The translations under genes were made by a program, and so were the position numbers. DNA of 64,000 nucleotides from Camelus ferus (taxonomy: Eukaryota). Below, one piece after another: positions 24,831 to 39,024 of the stretch; the first letter of the stretch is position 1, and each line of letters begins with the position of its first letter. The notes below the pieces were generated by a model. It made no database searches and had not been told where the DNA came from. It saw only the letters and a list, made by a program, of their open reading frames with translations. Where the stretch lies: positions 49,974,001 through 50,038,000 of the forward strand of contig NC_045697.1 in assembly GCF_009834535.1 (NCBI RefSeq), read 5' to 3'.

Positions 24831-27079
24831 CTGTGAAGGAGAGAAGGCACAGAAAGAAGATGAAGGAAGGGTATTCATTTCAGATCATGCTGCGACAAAA
24901 CCCTGGAGCTTAACGCTGCTGCCAAAATGCTTCTCAGCCTAGGCTAATTCCGGTAAATGGCCAATATCTATCAAGACTTTTTGGCTGGCCTGGAGTTCAG
25001 AAAACAGTCCACAGTAATATCTGATTATCTTTTTAAGAATGCTGCCAATCTGTTGCTGCGGTGTGCAGGAGTAAGGGATTTAAAATCTCCAGACGTCTTA
25101 GTTTCTTCTTTTATATGCTCTAGCTTGTCTTTCGAGCACTTGCAAAATACTGGAAGACTTAGGATGTTTTATTCAAGTGTCATGACAAAATAATTTGGTT
25201 GGCTTTTTAATAAACCAGAACCACACAACTATATCAGTCACGTCCATTTCAAAAGGGTCATCTTGGTAGGAGATGCATTAACTTTAATGATGCCATCAAA
25301 TCAAAGCATTAAAAAAAAAAAACAAATGCCTCTTTGGGAGGTGTGTTCAGTTTTCATCCTTGATAGGTGAATTTGATTTTGTAGAGGATAAAGTCAAGTT
25401 TGGTGCATAAAATAAGGTCAAGTCTGGTAGGTAACACTATTTGTTGTTTGTAGAAACAACCAGGTCCAACATGAATGTTTTATTGTGTAGTTTAAAAATC
25501 TGGTTCCAAAGGTAACTATTAATGGGCAGTTAAAAAAAAAACCCTTTGAGCATGTAGTCTTGTAAGAATAACCATATTGCTTCCAGAGATTACTACTTCG
25601 AAGCACAACACTCTTTTTGTGTGAGCTGGTGACTAATAATATGTATGTTTCAGTTATATTTCACTTCAGAAATGCCAAGAATCAATTGGGCTCTTGTCCC
25701 CTAATAGTTAAAGTGACTTTTTGGCACTAAAGTTGGTATTAGGAACCCCATGTACCCTTTCAGGCCACTGAGAAATTATTTTCTGCTTCAACAAATGAAT
25801 GAGACTGTCAAACACACTGGAAAGAGCATCAGCTCTGGAGTCCATGTGGATTCAAGTGTGGTTCCATCATTACTGGCTGTGTGACCGTGGGCTGTTTACT
25901 TAACCCCGTCGACCAACACTCACCTGCACTGACAGAGAAAGGAGAGCTGTTCTACCCTCCCATGTAGTTTTAAGAAAATTAAACGAGATGCTTGTGCCAA
26001 AGGCAAAGTCCTATCCAAATACACCTTCCTGGACCCGTGCCCGTCTCTTGTGACTGCATCTTAAAGGTGACGGGTCCGCCTGACATTTTTGGAGATTTAC
26101 CATTTGTAGATTATTTTGCCATTTCTCCTTTTATTCCCTCCCCCACCTTATAAATAGTTTTTGTACACTGTTCTTTTTTTTGAGCCCTTCCACCAAAGGA
26201 ATTAGAGCAGAGCTAGGACGAAAATCAGTCTACTCATTAACTCTTTAGTAACTCCCCCAAAGTTTTGGGTGAAAGAAGGCTATGGCAAACATCCAGAGTG
26301 AGAAGGCCCTCACTCGTTATAATTTCTAAAAGAGAGCCAAGGAGGTACTGCAAATGTAGAAACTAAGACCAGACCTTGATATGTCCACGCAGGTTATTAT
26401 CAGTACATTTTCCTTCCCCCTTTTACTACTGTCAAGATAGAATTATGGCACTGAATACTCAAATATGCAGACTGGATCAAGTAAAGTTCGAAGTCGGATC
26501 CCCTTATGAGAAACCTCTACTCCTACTTTGAAAGGCTTCACTTAGCTGCTCAACCTCCAAACTATGCTGAAATTAGAACAATTCAAAGTTCATTGAAGCC
26601 CCTTAACAACTCTTTTAAGAGCTTGTGAAATGAGATTATTACTGCCAGGTAAGGTGATGGGGATATTGTCAAGATTCAAAAAGATATAGTGATTGCAATT
26701 AGAAGCAGTTTTGAAAACTGATCTTTAAATTTAATTTCCCCCTTTCAAAAAAAATAAATGGGAGAAGAGAAAGAATATAGTTGATTTCTCTTTAAGACCC
26801 TTCTTTCTTGCCCCAGGATACATTTAATACAGGAAATCATAGGTCTGACTTTTTTCAGTTTCTTCTGTAATTCTAGGTAGTTGGAGCTCCTCCAACTCTG
26901 TGATTTACTGAATATATTTATATACCACCTCTTACTAAAGATAAAACAGGCAGTTTCCCAACCCAAGTGCTGGTTTTTTTTTTTTTTTTTTAATGGTGAG
27001 TGATAGAGTGATCCACTTCCTCTCTAAGTGACTGGTGACTGTCTGGCTGTCAGGGCAGTCTTCAAATGGGGCTCTTCAA

Positions 27080-27453
27080 AAAAGAGAAAGAAAAATACCA
27101 TATGAGATCTCTAATATGTAGAATCTAAAAAAAAAAAAGAAGATAAATACAAAACAGAAACAGACTCATAGACATAGAATACAAACTTGTGGTTGCCAAG
27201 TGGGCAGTGGGTGGGAAGGGACAGACTGGGAGTTCAAAATTTGTAGACACTGACAGGCATATGTAGAATAGATAAACAAGATTATACTGTATAGCACAGG
27301 GAAATATACACAAGGTCTTGTGGTAGCTCACAGAGAAAAAAATGTGACAATGAATATATATATGTTCATGTATAACTGAAAAATTGTGCTGTACACTGGA
27401 ATTTGACACAACATTGTAAAATGAATATAACTCAATAAAAAATGTAAAAAAAG
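27080..27453 (+). mobile_element. Young 5'-truncated L1 with TSD, same family as 14114-14595
   Basis: TSD TGGGGCTCTTCAA at 27067-27079 and 27454-27466. Ends ctcaataaaaaatgtaaaaaaa. Highly similar to the reverse complement of the 14.1 kb copy. Confidence 0.92.
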
Positions 27454-30243
27454 TGGGGCTCTTCAAGGCCACCTACTTGTTCACAAAGGGCAGCCCGTGT
27501 GACCTGAGCTGGAATTAGCAGGTGACTTTTCCCCCATGGGCCCTTGAGGGCAGCTGAGCAAAGGGCCACTTCTGAGGGTTGGTACAGCCCCAACAGAGGC
27601 CAAAACCTGTGAGGGAAGATAGACGGTCCTTAAATATTCAGGCCACCTTATGAACTATTCTGCTACCCCCTAGATCTCCTTGGAGAGTGCCACGGTGGGG
27701 GCCAGGGTCTTCTGGAACTAGAAGACCTTAATTGGCCCCCTGCCTAGGAGGTCTTGGGTCCTGAGCTCAATTTCCCCTTCACAGCAGCTGCCACCCTCAG
27801 AAGCAGCCGGCAAGCTTGCCCTGGAAATTTCCTCACCTCAGGGCATCCCTTGAGCATCGGAGGGGGTTGCTGAGCCAACACAAGCATAACTTTACATGGT
27901 AAGGGAAAAGGCTGGATGTCTTCCTTGTGAGAACAGATGTCATTTCCCCCTGGGCTCTGGTTAAAGTGGAATTCCTCTTCTTCTCCTAGTCTTTCTTCAT
28001 TTGAGATGAGGCAGGAGAGAAAAAAAAAAAACGAGGATGGGGTGGCTGGGGCGGGGAGACCCTGTCCTGTGAAGGGGGGAGTGTCAGGGAGGCGGGGTGC
28101 CTGCGCCCTGGGAGTGGGGGATGGGAAGGTGGCCCATGCCATTCTTCCTGGTTGGGATGTGTGGGTTACAGGCTCAGTGTGACTCATGCTGTAAGGTCCT
28201 GGAACCGGAAGAAATTAAGAGAGAACTGGAGGAAACTTCTCTGTGTATTTTCGAAGCTGGAATGCAAGAATATTCCATGATGCTAGCACATCCCCCTGTG
28301 CCCACCTGTTCTGCCTGACCAGAGTGTTGTTGTAAAGCTAGGAGCCAAAGCCTCCTTGAATGCTGGGCCTCTCCGAAGGCAGGGATTTCTCAGGGGGCCA
28401 TTTCACCACTTTCCTAACAACTCAGAGCAAAAGAACCAGAACAGGCTACAGAATAACCTCGTCTACACTTGCAAGTGGTTACTTTGGTCCAGCGCTGGGC
28501 CAAGAACTTCACAGCTATGACCTCATTTAATTCTCTTTATGAATGAGTAGGTTTAGTCCCATTTTAGGGATGGGCAGGTAGGGCTCAGGCAGATTTAAGA
28601 GCTTGATGCAGGCTTTACAATCTGGTCAATGATTAAGCTAACAGGACTATTTCCTGGGGTTTGTATGTTTAATCATTAATCTACTGGTTACTTCCCTGGC
28701 CCTTTTCTCAGCTTGACCAACTCCTACGCTTTCTACACGACCACTAAATACCGACCTTCGGAAAGCTCTCCTGATGCCCCCAAGCAAGAAGTAGAGTTTC
28801 TGTGTGTTCTCAGCGGCTCCTTGTGTCTGTTGCTCTTAAGAGCTTTGCGCTGTGTGTATGAGCTCCCCCAGACATAACTATACTCATCTTGCATCTCTTT
28901 CTCTTCTACCTGCTGTCTTAGCACCAGGCATGGTCTCTAGTCCATAGTGGATACTTCAATCCTTTTTTAAATAAAATTTTGAATGATTAAATATAATATT
29001 GGCAAAGAAAGAAAAAAAGCTAACTGGCAGTTTGGGGACCAATCACTGTGCTAAGAAATTTCCCATCTCCCCACCTGTCCTTCTTGGAACTTCGGCTCCA
29101 GGCCTCACCCGAACATCTCTTCTTATGACCACAGCTATGGTCCAACCACCCCAGCACATGCTTGCCAGGCCCATGGAGGAGAGTTATTTTAGGAATCTCT
29201 GTTTGAATAGAGTCAGATAATATCCTTGAAGTAGCCAGAGAAAATCCCAGAAGGCCAGGCGCCTGGTCAGACCTGGTCAGACCACCCGAGGAAGAGGGCT
29301 TCCCTGGGGGCATCACTCGCACTGCTTGACTCTGTTCTGTGCCTGGGCCATCCTGGAACCAACTATGGGATTACTTTAAGGGCTCTCTCCCCCAACGCCT
29401 GCCTCTCCTACCACAGACAACCCATCTTTTAACACACTCCTACTAGCCCCTTCCAGACGCAGGAAGTCCTCCACACTCAGGCGGGGCTCCGCTCCTGCCC
29501 AGACTACCTCCCCCTTCATTTGTCCTGAAGGTGCCTTCCTGTCTTCCTGGGCTCAGCAATGTTCCCAAACCTCAAGTGTTCCTCTGGGACTTGTCTCATG
29601 GAGGAGGTTTCTTTTTTCCCCATTTTAAAGGTGAAAGAGACATTTCATCTGACCTCTTTGGCAAAAGTATCCAGAAATGAGAATCTTAGGATGTGATGGT
29701 AGGAACCCAAACAGCCTCTGAAAGAAAGAGCCTTACTGGGCTCTTGAAAAAAGTTGTCACTGCTCTGAAAGAGCCAGGGGGCAGAAGAGGTGACTTCCCC
29801 CTGGTGACAGAAAGAAGGTGGCTTGTAACTATCTGTGACTCCTGAACTACCTTCTCCGTGGAAACTCATCAGTCAGCTTATTTAGAATCCCGTGTGAGTA
29901 CTCTGACCGAGTTCCCGGGTATGTGTGTTTGTCTGGTCTATTTTGAGATGTCTTTAATGAACCTCCTGACTGTTTTTCAATATTCTTGCTCTTTTCTTTC
30001 CTCTTCCTGGTCGAGAGAATAGGTGAGAAGAGGAGCAGGTGGCTGCTTCAGAGTGTGTGGCGGCTCCTCTAGTCAAGGTCACCAAGAGGAAAGGAACAGT
30101 ATGTCTCGGGGGAATTCTTTCTCTTTCAAAGCACTTGTCTGCGGATGTGGGCGATGGGTGAGGAAAAGGGCTTAAGGGCTGACCTTTGTGTGCGCCCAAA
30201 TCTCTCTTTATCACCCTGGGGAAAGCCTGCTCCCTCTTCACAG

Positions 30244-30800
30244 CGCCAGTCTCACATCGAGACTCCTTCCTTCAAACCGCGATGGTCATGGTAACAGACA
30301 ACTGCAAAAACAAAGCTCGCGGCAACTGACGCTTCGTTACTTGCTCTGTGCCAGGGATTGCTGCAGAAGCCTCGCTCCTTTCAATTCAAAGACTCCTCCC
30401 CAGAACTCTGGAAGGCAGGCACTGTTGTTACCTGCATTGACACATGAGAGAACTGGGAAATTAAGGGCTGAGAGACACACGGCTGGTAATGAGAGGCCCC
30501 GCACACGGGGGCGTACTCTAGAGGCCACGCCGTTCCCCGCTGGGCTCTCCCGCCGCCCGGACTCGAGTCTTAGAGCCGAGTCCACCGGCGGATGAAACCC
30601 GCCACCCGGGTCTGTCCTCTGTCTGCCTGCTGCTGGCTGTCCAGGAGCCGGGGCCCAGCGAGGGGCTGTGTGGGGGGTTGCCTCCTCTTATGGGCGCTGG
30701 CGAAGAGGGGTCTAAGCTCAGTGATTCAGTTAACTGGGAGGAGGACTAGTGAGCGGCAGACACCGTCACAGAAGGGCGACCTGAGGAGGGCCACGCCGCT
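30244..30800. promoter_or_regulatory. Intronic CpG-rich island-like segment overlapping a diverged MIR
   Basis: About 34 CpGs by manual count in ~560 bp, against a CpG-depleted background. Confidence 0.5.
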
Positions 30801-33653
30801 GGTTTCTAGCCTGTGCTGTGGTCAGGAGGGCTGCCTAATGCTTACTTAGCAGTATTTACAACACCCCAGGGTGCACAAGGACTGTGATTTGCTCTCGGGA
30901 GTGTGTCTGCGGGTGTGCGTGTGCAGGCATGAACGTGTAGGTTGTGATATGGGGGAGAAAAAAGCGAAAAAGAAAATCTCAGTTTGGGGATACTATCAGT
31001 TGGGTGGATCCTAATTTGACCATTATTGAAGGTCGCTTTGACTTCTGGCCTTGAGTGCTGCTTGGATTTACTCCTGTTTTTCCTCCTACTCTACTCCATG
31101 CCAAGGGCAGCTAAGCTTATCTCCGTCTGACCCCAACAATCCCACAAGCCTCTCGCGACTGAGCTCCCCAGGCTCCTCTTGAGCTGGGACAGTGCAGCGT
31201 GGACAGAAGCCACAGGCAGGCCTCTGAGGTTTTACTACCCAGGGGCAGAGATGAGAGTCAGGCTCAGGGACCACACAGGGGAGTGCAGGACTGGATGGAC
31301 AGACAGGTGGGCGGGGAAGGTGGGAGGTGGGTGGTACCAAACCCTGTGTTTCTATCTCTAACTTGGGGAAGGGTTTGTGTCTATAAAAGTCAGAGTAGTC
31401 TTGGGAAGAGATGTGAATGAAACTGTTCTCTGAAGAATAGACAGGACTTGAAGAGACAGCAGTGAAGGTCTGAGGCAAGAACTAGCCAGACAGAGAAAAC
31501 ACCTAACATTTCCAGGCTTGAAGGATTAGCACTGAACTTGGAGACAAGCACGTTGACTGGTGTCCTCATCTAAAACCTGGGATGATCCCGATCCTCTCCA
31601 CTTCACAGGGCTGTTGGGAGAATTAGATGAGAGGAAGTGCTTTGTACATAAGGACAGATGAAGGCCTTTGAAAAGCCGGCTCCCTTCACATGATGGCTTA
31701 GGAGACTGCGATACTGAGCGACTGAAGGAGTGGTTTGCCTTATTGAAGGTCACACAATTTACAGAGGTGACAAAACTAAGGCCACAGTCGACATAAGACG
31801 GTGTAATGGAAATGAATAGGGACCATGAAATGGTTGGGTACTCGGGACAGATCATGGAGAGTTCTGAAAGTCAGAGGCAGTGTTTGGGATCAACAGTGTG
31901 GGGAGGGGGGACCACGGAAGTGTTCTGGGAGGAAGCATGATTTGCAGGCACTTTTTCAAGTTCAACTTTCTCTTGGAAATCACCCCCAGTGGCGTCTGCT
32001 CATCTCAAACCCTCTTTTTCTAGGTGTTTGCCCTCTTACTTTCTATGGCACAATTCAATAAACTTATTCTAGTATCGAACTAATACTGACAAATGTAGCT
32101 TTGGGTAGTTACGCTTGTACATACAAGACAAAGACGCATGAAGTACACTGTTACACTGATGGCTTTATGTGGGCACGTTCTGCATGCTCTCTTGACTGAA
32201 AGTCCCTTCAAGCCAAGGATGCCAAGTATATTTCTTTATTTGTCTAGATCCAAAGTAAGTAATGCATAAAATAACTTATTCTTCTGAAAGTGTAGCTATT
32301 TTTTAAACTGAACTTTATAAGCAGTTATGGTGCAAAATTAAAACTCCTTTATAAGGCATACAGCTTGCATGAAAATCTGCTACAGAATTGTTTTTAATTA
32401 ACGCAATCCAAGCTTGTCTCCGTAAGTTAGTCCTTTTTGTCACTGACCCATCCTTTCAACTCTTTAAATCGTTAAATCACTGCTTAGTCATTTCTTCACA
32501 TGGAGTGGCAGAGGTGAGCTTTATCAGCATGAGTCAAATATTACCACAACTGGAATCTTTTGCTTCATGTTTGTACGCTTAGCTAAAAGCCATTTAGTTA
32601 ATGGGGATTGGTTAATGGGAAGACTTGGGATTCAAACTTTGGGGCAAGATCTCTGATATCTATACTTCTCCACATCCTGTAATCAGAAACCCTGGTTTGG
32701 GGACTGGCTTTACTTTTCTCTAAAAGCATTTTACCTACTTGGGTAGCATATAGTTAAAAAGCTGTATGAGGAACATGAATCTCGGTTAAGATCATAAAAG
32801 ATTTGCATTTGTGTTTCCTTCTTTCCTCATTTGTCTCCCCTGCAGACACATCAGCTGTACTTTAAGGATGCAGGGGGCACAGGTTTGTAATTGATGCCAA
32901 CCAGGGCACACAAGTCGGCACAGTTCCTGGGTACCATGGTTTTAAAGTCGCTTGACTTCACTTAAAATTACAACCTTTACCAACACAAATGAAGCCTCTT
33001 TCCTGCCTGAAATTTGTCATAACTACCTGTTTAGGTTGCCTGATCCCAGCTTTCCTTTGAACAAGGCTGGGTTTCTAAAAACAGCACACAGCGTGGCTCA
33101 TCCGCTTTTCCCATAGCGTTAGGACAAGCTGACCAGCACACAGCAGCGTCTGATCTGTGTTAAAATCCAGGAGCATTCCCCTCATCCAGCTCTCCCTAGA
33201 CCAAAAGGAGCCCGCAGGGAGCGAGACTTCTTCCTGAAACAGGGGCGACCCTTACATCTGAATGCTATTAACCAACTCTCCTTAAAGACTGCTCTGAATT
33301 CAGTCTTGGCTTAACGACAGTTCTCAGGGGACATCTCGAGTATTACGCCAAGGGCAGTAATAAAAGCATTAAGAAAAACAACCCAGCAGTATTTTATTTG
33401 CTAGAGTACTGTAAACAGTAATACTCAGAAATATGGATTTACTTTGTCATACCTTATTACGGAAGTAAATTTTTTTTTTGCCTTAATCCAGCTCAGCCAT
33501 ATAGGGAACTCTCAAAAGGATATGAGAAATGTAAAAAGATATCAAAATATACCAAGATTTTTTCTTAATGATATTTCTTTTACTTTTCCAGAGTCAACAG
33601 AAAAATACTATGTTATTATTTTACAATTTTATTAAAATTTAATAAATAATTAT

Positions 33654-33709
33654 AGAAAAAGAAAGAAAGAAAGAAAGAAAAAAAGAAAGAAAGAAAAGGA
33701 AAAGAAAAA
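33654..33709. repeat. (GAAA)n purine-rich simple repeat
   Basis: agaaaaagaaagaaagaaagaaagaaaaaaagaaagaaagaaaagg. Confidence 0.92.
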
Positions 33710-36392
33710 CAATCCTGGTCATAAAAGTCACTACAGACACCCTTTCCTGCGACCCTGTGCCCTGAGGCAGAGGAGGGTAGGTATCTCCGTTTAGAGTTTA
33801 GCAAAAGCAGTTAACAAAAATCTATTCAACTGGTTAGTGTGCAGAAACAGGATTTAACTTTTGAGGCTTGATTCCCCAAACTTATGCTTCTCTACTTTCT
33901 GTGATCAGAAGACCTGGCGTGGAGACTAGCTTTACAAACGCACTAGCTGAACAGTCTTGGACAAGCTGCTTTCCGTCTCCCGTCTCCCCGCCTCCACGGC
34001 CTTATTTGCGTGCCCCTCTCTTCCTGTAAACGAGACTCGTTCAGTCATTCACGCGGCTGGCTGATGTTTATAGACTACTATGTGCCCAACTTTGATGAAT
34101 CACTGGCTTCCTTCAGAATGCTTTTACAAATTAAATAGTGTATTTCAAATGCTTTGTCCATCGTGAAGTGCAGTACAAAGGTCTCAGTCCTGGGCGTCTC
34201 TTATCCATAAAAACTCTGAAGCCAGGAAGAAACCTTGAATCCAGAGATTTGAGCCAACCTGAGTATTTGAAATGACTGCGGATCTTAAGTTCAAATTTTG
34301 CTTCTAGCCTGATCGGGACCAAAGGAATAATGTGATTTTTTTATTGTAGAAAGGAAATTCTAAGAAGATGCATTGAAATGAATCTAACCCTTCCATTTTA
34401 CAGATGATAAAATAGAAGGCTAAAGAAATTAAAAGATTTGGGTGAGATCAGACTCCATCAGTAGCAGAGCTGGGACTAGATACCTTTGAATTCCTGGTCT
34501 GACTTCTTTTAAATTTTCTACCCCAGGTCTCATCCCACGTAAAAGCCTTAAAGCATTGGTGGGCAAGACCCCAGCCTCTGCTTCAGGACAATGTTTTCAG
34601 AATTTAAACGTCTCCATTGATGTTTTCTGCCAAGTCCGTATCACTTACACTGTTATTTTCTTAGTATCTATAAGTCATTTTTCTCTAGCTGTTTACTACA
34701 TATAGCCACAACCTAAGCAACAATAGCTATGAAATGGTGAATTCGATGTGCTATTTTTAGTTTATTTTTTTCTCAAATTCATATTGAAACAAAAGCATAG
34801 TTTCTATTAGATCCTCTTGCATACTACCTGTTCAGGGACTTAAACCATGCTTTTAAGAACACTGCTCCAGGAACCCCAGCTTCACAAGGAGACTGGAGAT
34901 GAGGTGCTGGACTGGGGGTAAATCACTGTCCTCAGAGCCCCTGGAGCAGGGCAGGGAGAATGGAGGGCAGAGAGGCAGGGTCAGCAGGGCCCGTGTCAAC
35001 GCCTGTCACGGATCTAGGGAATATGGCAGCATCACACATACTGCTTCCTGATGGAGGCCCAGCAGGGACAGCTGTCCTGACTCAGCCACTCCCCGGGTAG
35101 CAGTGCAGACATGAACAGAGGCTGCACTTCTGGGTCCATGGCCCTAACTAAGCCCTGATTTCTCTCCCTTAACGTGCTCTGTGTCAGTGTCTGCTTCTCA
35201 TTCTCCCCTGTAGGACAGATTTGCAGTGCCTGGGTTCATAAGCCTATCATAACTCTTCTGACGCTACTTTATATAATAAACATAACCCAGCCTGGGCTGA
35301 ATTATAAATTCTACTGAGTTGAGAGAACCATATCTTGTGAGTGGGAATTTCAGCTCTGAGTCAGCCCTACCCCAGATCTCTTGGGAGTTGGGGGACGTGG
35401 CAGGGTTAGAGAGATTTCTGAGGAATAATTTTTTTAAAAAAAGAACAGAGAATCCCCTCTATTGTTTGTTCTGGATGAGAAGACGTCTCCTTCTCCTCTT
35501 GTGAAAATTCTGATCTATACTGTGAGTAGATGAGCTATGTCATGTTAGGTCATCAGATCCCTTGACAGAAAGGCAAAGATACTTCTATTTAGGAGTCAAG
35601 TCAGAGAGGGGAAAATAAATCCCGACATCTCTCTGCTAACTGAGTATCTTTAATGCAGCAAGCATTGAAGATGGCAAAAAGAATTCCCTGGGGGTTTTCC
35701 AGCTGGGGACAACTGGCTTCCTTGGCAGTGGCAGGAGGAGATATAGGCTGAGAAGTCAGCCTTCATAGCCTCTGATTTCAACGTTAAGGGGCCACATTAG
35801 GGATCTCAACTCTGAGGTCATCTCTTTGTGAACGCCCTACATAGAGGTGCAAATAATGTATCGGAGGTGACTTTTATCTTCATGAGGGTTTTTTGGTTTG
35901 TTCTACACCTTTAGTATTTCTTCTGTCTTTTCAGTATTTCTGAGATGAAAATGAGGCCTGATCATGGATTAAACAATACTGAGGGGAAAAATAAACCAGA
36001 AAAGTTGGTATATGCCCCTTTTTGAGACTTGTCCAGTCTGCAGGGTGAAGGCTCAGATCCCTTTGGAGTTCGCCAGACTTAGCAGGTGAGACCTTCCACA
36101 CTGATATCTTCTTGGTTCAGAAGATACAGCAAGAAGGAAGGAAAAACTTTTCAGAGCCTGAGACAGAATCCTAACCCTGTTTGCCAAGCAGTGTGCAAGT
36201 TTACCATTTTTATCATGGAATACGGCTGGGAAGCCGAGAGTCGCAGTGTCAGGTCAGTCTGTCCCAACACCTTGACCAAGGGCAGTGACATTAGTATAAT
36301 TACTGTAGCCCAAGGACCCAGGGATCTCTGTGGAGCCATTAATTTAGCTTTGCCTCCACATAATCAATCACCAAGTCTAGGTAGGAATCTGC

Positions 36393-36628
36393 TTTTTTTT
36401 TTCTTTTAAATTGAAGTATGTTGTGTTAGTTTCTGGTGCACAGCACAATGGTTTAGTTATACATGTATATATAGATTTCCTTTCATAGTCTTTTTCATTA
36501 TGAGACATTACAAACTATTGAATGTAGTTCCCTGTGCTGTACAGTAGGACCTTGTTGTCTAACTATTTTATGTATAGCAGTTAGTATCTGCAAATCTAAA
36601 CTCCCAGTTTATCCCTCTACCCCAACCC
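36393..36628 (-). mobile_element. L1 3'-end fragment (older cetartiodactyl-type)
   Basis: Poly(T), ttgaagta, tagttccctgtgctgtacagtaggaccttgttg, ctcccagtttatccct. Confidence 0.85.
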
Positions 36629-37179
36629 TGGGAACGGCTTTTGGATACTGTATTTTACCAAATTTTAATTTCTTCCAGGCTCAGGCTCCCAAGGTTTTAG
36701 AGTTACAAACTTTGGAAAGAAAATAATTTCCAAACTTTGATGCTAATTAAGAGAAGGAGGCAACCTCTGGCTCTTAATCCTCAACTCTTCAGGGCAAGTG
36801 GAGCCTGGGTAAGATCATATAAGCTCAGCTTTTGTATCCTCCTCTTCTATGATTTATTTTCTCCTAGCTAAAAATTTCCAGTTATTTGCACTCTTTAACC
36901 CTTTTTCTTTGGATTTCCCGTCTCATGAAAGTGTTACTATTTCAAATGTGAACATAGTTATTTTTCCCTTTCACACTTTTTGGATTATCCTTTTCTGTAT
37001 TATGCTTGCTATAGGCAGGTGTATAAATGGATCTTCATTACCTAATATTTATAGTAATAATCCTTTTGGGAGTCTTAAAGTGTTTTTCCAAACATTTCAT
37101 TTTTTCAAAGTTAAAAAAATCACAGTCTAGAAGACTCAAACCCTTGTTGGCACCCACACTGAGAATTAGGGGCCCAACT

Positions 37180-37430
37180 GTAACAACAGTGACATTTATT
37201 TAGTGCTGACTGTGTAAGGGACTCTTTATATACCTGTCTCATTTAATCCCAATAAGAATCCTATAAGGCAAGTATAGTACTATTACTACACTCATTTTAT
37301 AGCTGAAGCAAATGTGGCACTCAGTGATGAATAAACTTGCCAAGTCTACCATCTAGCAAATGGCAATGGTGAGATTTGAACCAGACAGTCTGATGCCACA
37401 GTGTGTACTATTAATAACATTCTTACCCTC
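37180..37430 (-). mobile_element. MIR SINE
   Basis: acatttatttagtgctgactgtg...ctcatttaatcc...ctcattttatag...gagatttgaaccagacagtctga. Confidence 0.8.
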
Positions 37431-38558
37431 CTAGAGCCTGGCTTTGAAATGACCCCAGAATTTCACCAAACAGAAATATGGCAAAGTGTTTTTGATGGCC
37501 CACTGCCATGGACTTACTGAGAGTTTATGATTTTAACCTAAGTTCACCTTATTTTTTGAGCTTGTGGTCTACCCCTGAAGGCCTTGAGTCTGATGATAAA
37601 AGCAAGATACTGTTAAATAAAATGCTGTCTCTTATTGGCAAATATTTTTCTTTCCCAGGACCTGAGAAACAAGGCATGCTGAGGACAACATCAATTTAGT
37701 ACCCATTATGTGTTCTCCTGATGCAGTACCCCGGAACCTTTTCTAATAAAGACTCTGGGTTAGTGCTGATCTAGTCTCTTTGCTATTCTTATTTTGTAAC
37801 TAAAAAGACTCTTTTGAGTCCAGATATTACAGTAAGGGTTCAGTCTGGATATGGGATCAGGTATATTCCAATCAGTTTCCCCAAGGAGCCAACAAGCCAT
37901 GGATTCATTTATGACATCAGCCGTGCTTATAAGCTAAATCTCATGTTCTCAGTGAAGCATTTCCAAAGTCACTTTAGTCATATGTGACTGGTGAAAATAT
38001 TTGAAGCCGGAAAAAGGAAAGTGTTCCTTGGAGACAAACTATCTCAAATTAATAAAAGGTGATACTGAGACAATTAAAATACGTGATGGAGCTGTATTGC
38101 TACTAGACAACATCGAAGTAACTAGCTGATTTCAGTACCTTGCCATATATTTTTCAAAGGCTATTTTGGAAATATCTTAAAACCAGATTAGGATTTAGTT
38201 TTGTAAAAGTAAACCAAAGGAGAATTAAAAAGGTAGAGACAAGAATATAGAATTTTTTTTTACCCAAAATATTATCTGACAGTTGGAGTGCCTTGTGGGA
38301 GTTTACTTGGGGTTAGCAGGCTTAGAGGTTTAGCCTAAGCTTAAATAATTGGGCAGAGAAGGAAAAAAAAATGTGAGCGAGGGTTTATAACAATCCATAA
38401 CCTTGTCAGCCCTGCAGCCCAAAGAGGAGCCAGTATGATGGGAAAAGAGTGGTGTGGCAGGAATGGGGATGGAAAGGAACTCATCATAGCAGAAGAGAGC
38501 CCTTTAGACAGTCTGCAATGATGATGGTGTATTAGATGGGTGTGTTTCCATGCACAGG

Positions 38559-38920
38559 TCTTCAGGACTGAATGTGTGTGTCTCCCCAAAATTTATATGT
38601 TGAAATCCTAACCTCCAATGTGATGGTATTAGGAGGTGGGGCTTTTGGGATGTGCTTATGTCATGAGGATGGAGCCCCTGTGAATGGGATTAGTGCCCTT
38701 ATAAAAGAGACCCCAGAGCACTCCCTCACTCCCTTTAACACGTGAAGACACAGTGCAAAGTCACCTGGCTATGAACCAGGAAGAGGGCCTTCCCCAGAAC
38801 GTGAACATGCTGGTGCCTTGATCTTGGACTTCCTAGCCTCCAGAACTGTGAGAAATAAATGTTTGCTGTTAAATAACCCAATTTATGGTATTTTTTTTCT
38901 AGCAGCCTGAACAGATTAAC
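38559..38920 (+). mobile_element. MLT1A-type MaLR solo LTR
   Basis: ggactgaatgtg...tatgttgaaatcctaa...gtgaatgggattagtgcccttataaaagagacccca...gatcttggacttcctagcctccagaactgtgagaaataaa. Confidence 0.9.
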
Positions 38921-39024
38921 AGGGGAAGGTGCTTAATTTTTCTTTATTTTCAGTTTAAAGGTTAGGATGTACAAGGCTAATATGTGCATTTATTATTTTT
39001 AAATACAGATATTTAGTCATTCAA

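Noticed and set aside
35065..35079. GGGACAgcTGTCCT as a steroid response element
   Set aside because: The spacer is 2 bp instead of the required 3 bp.
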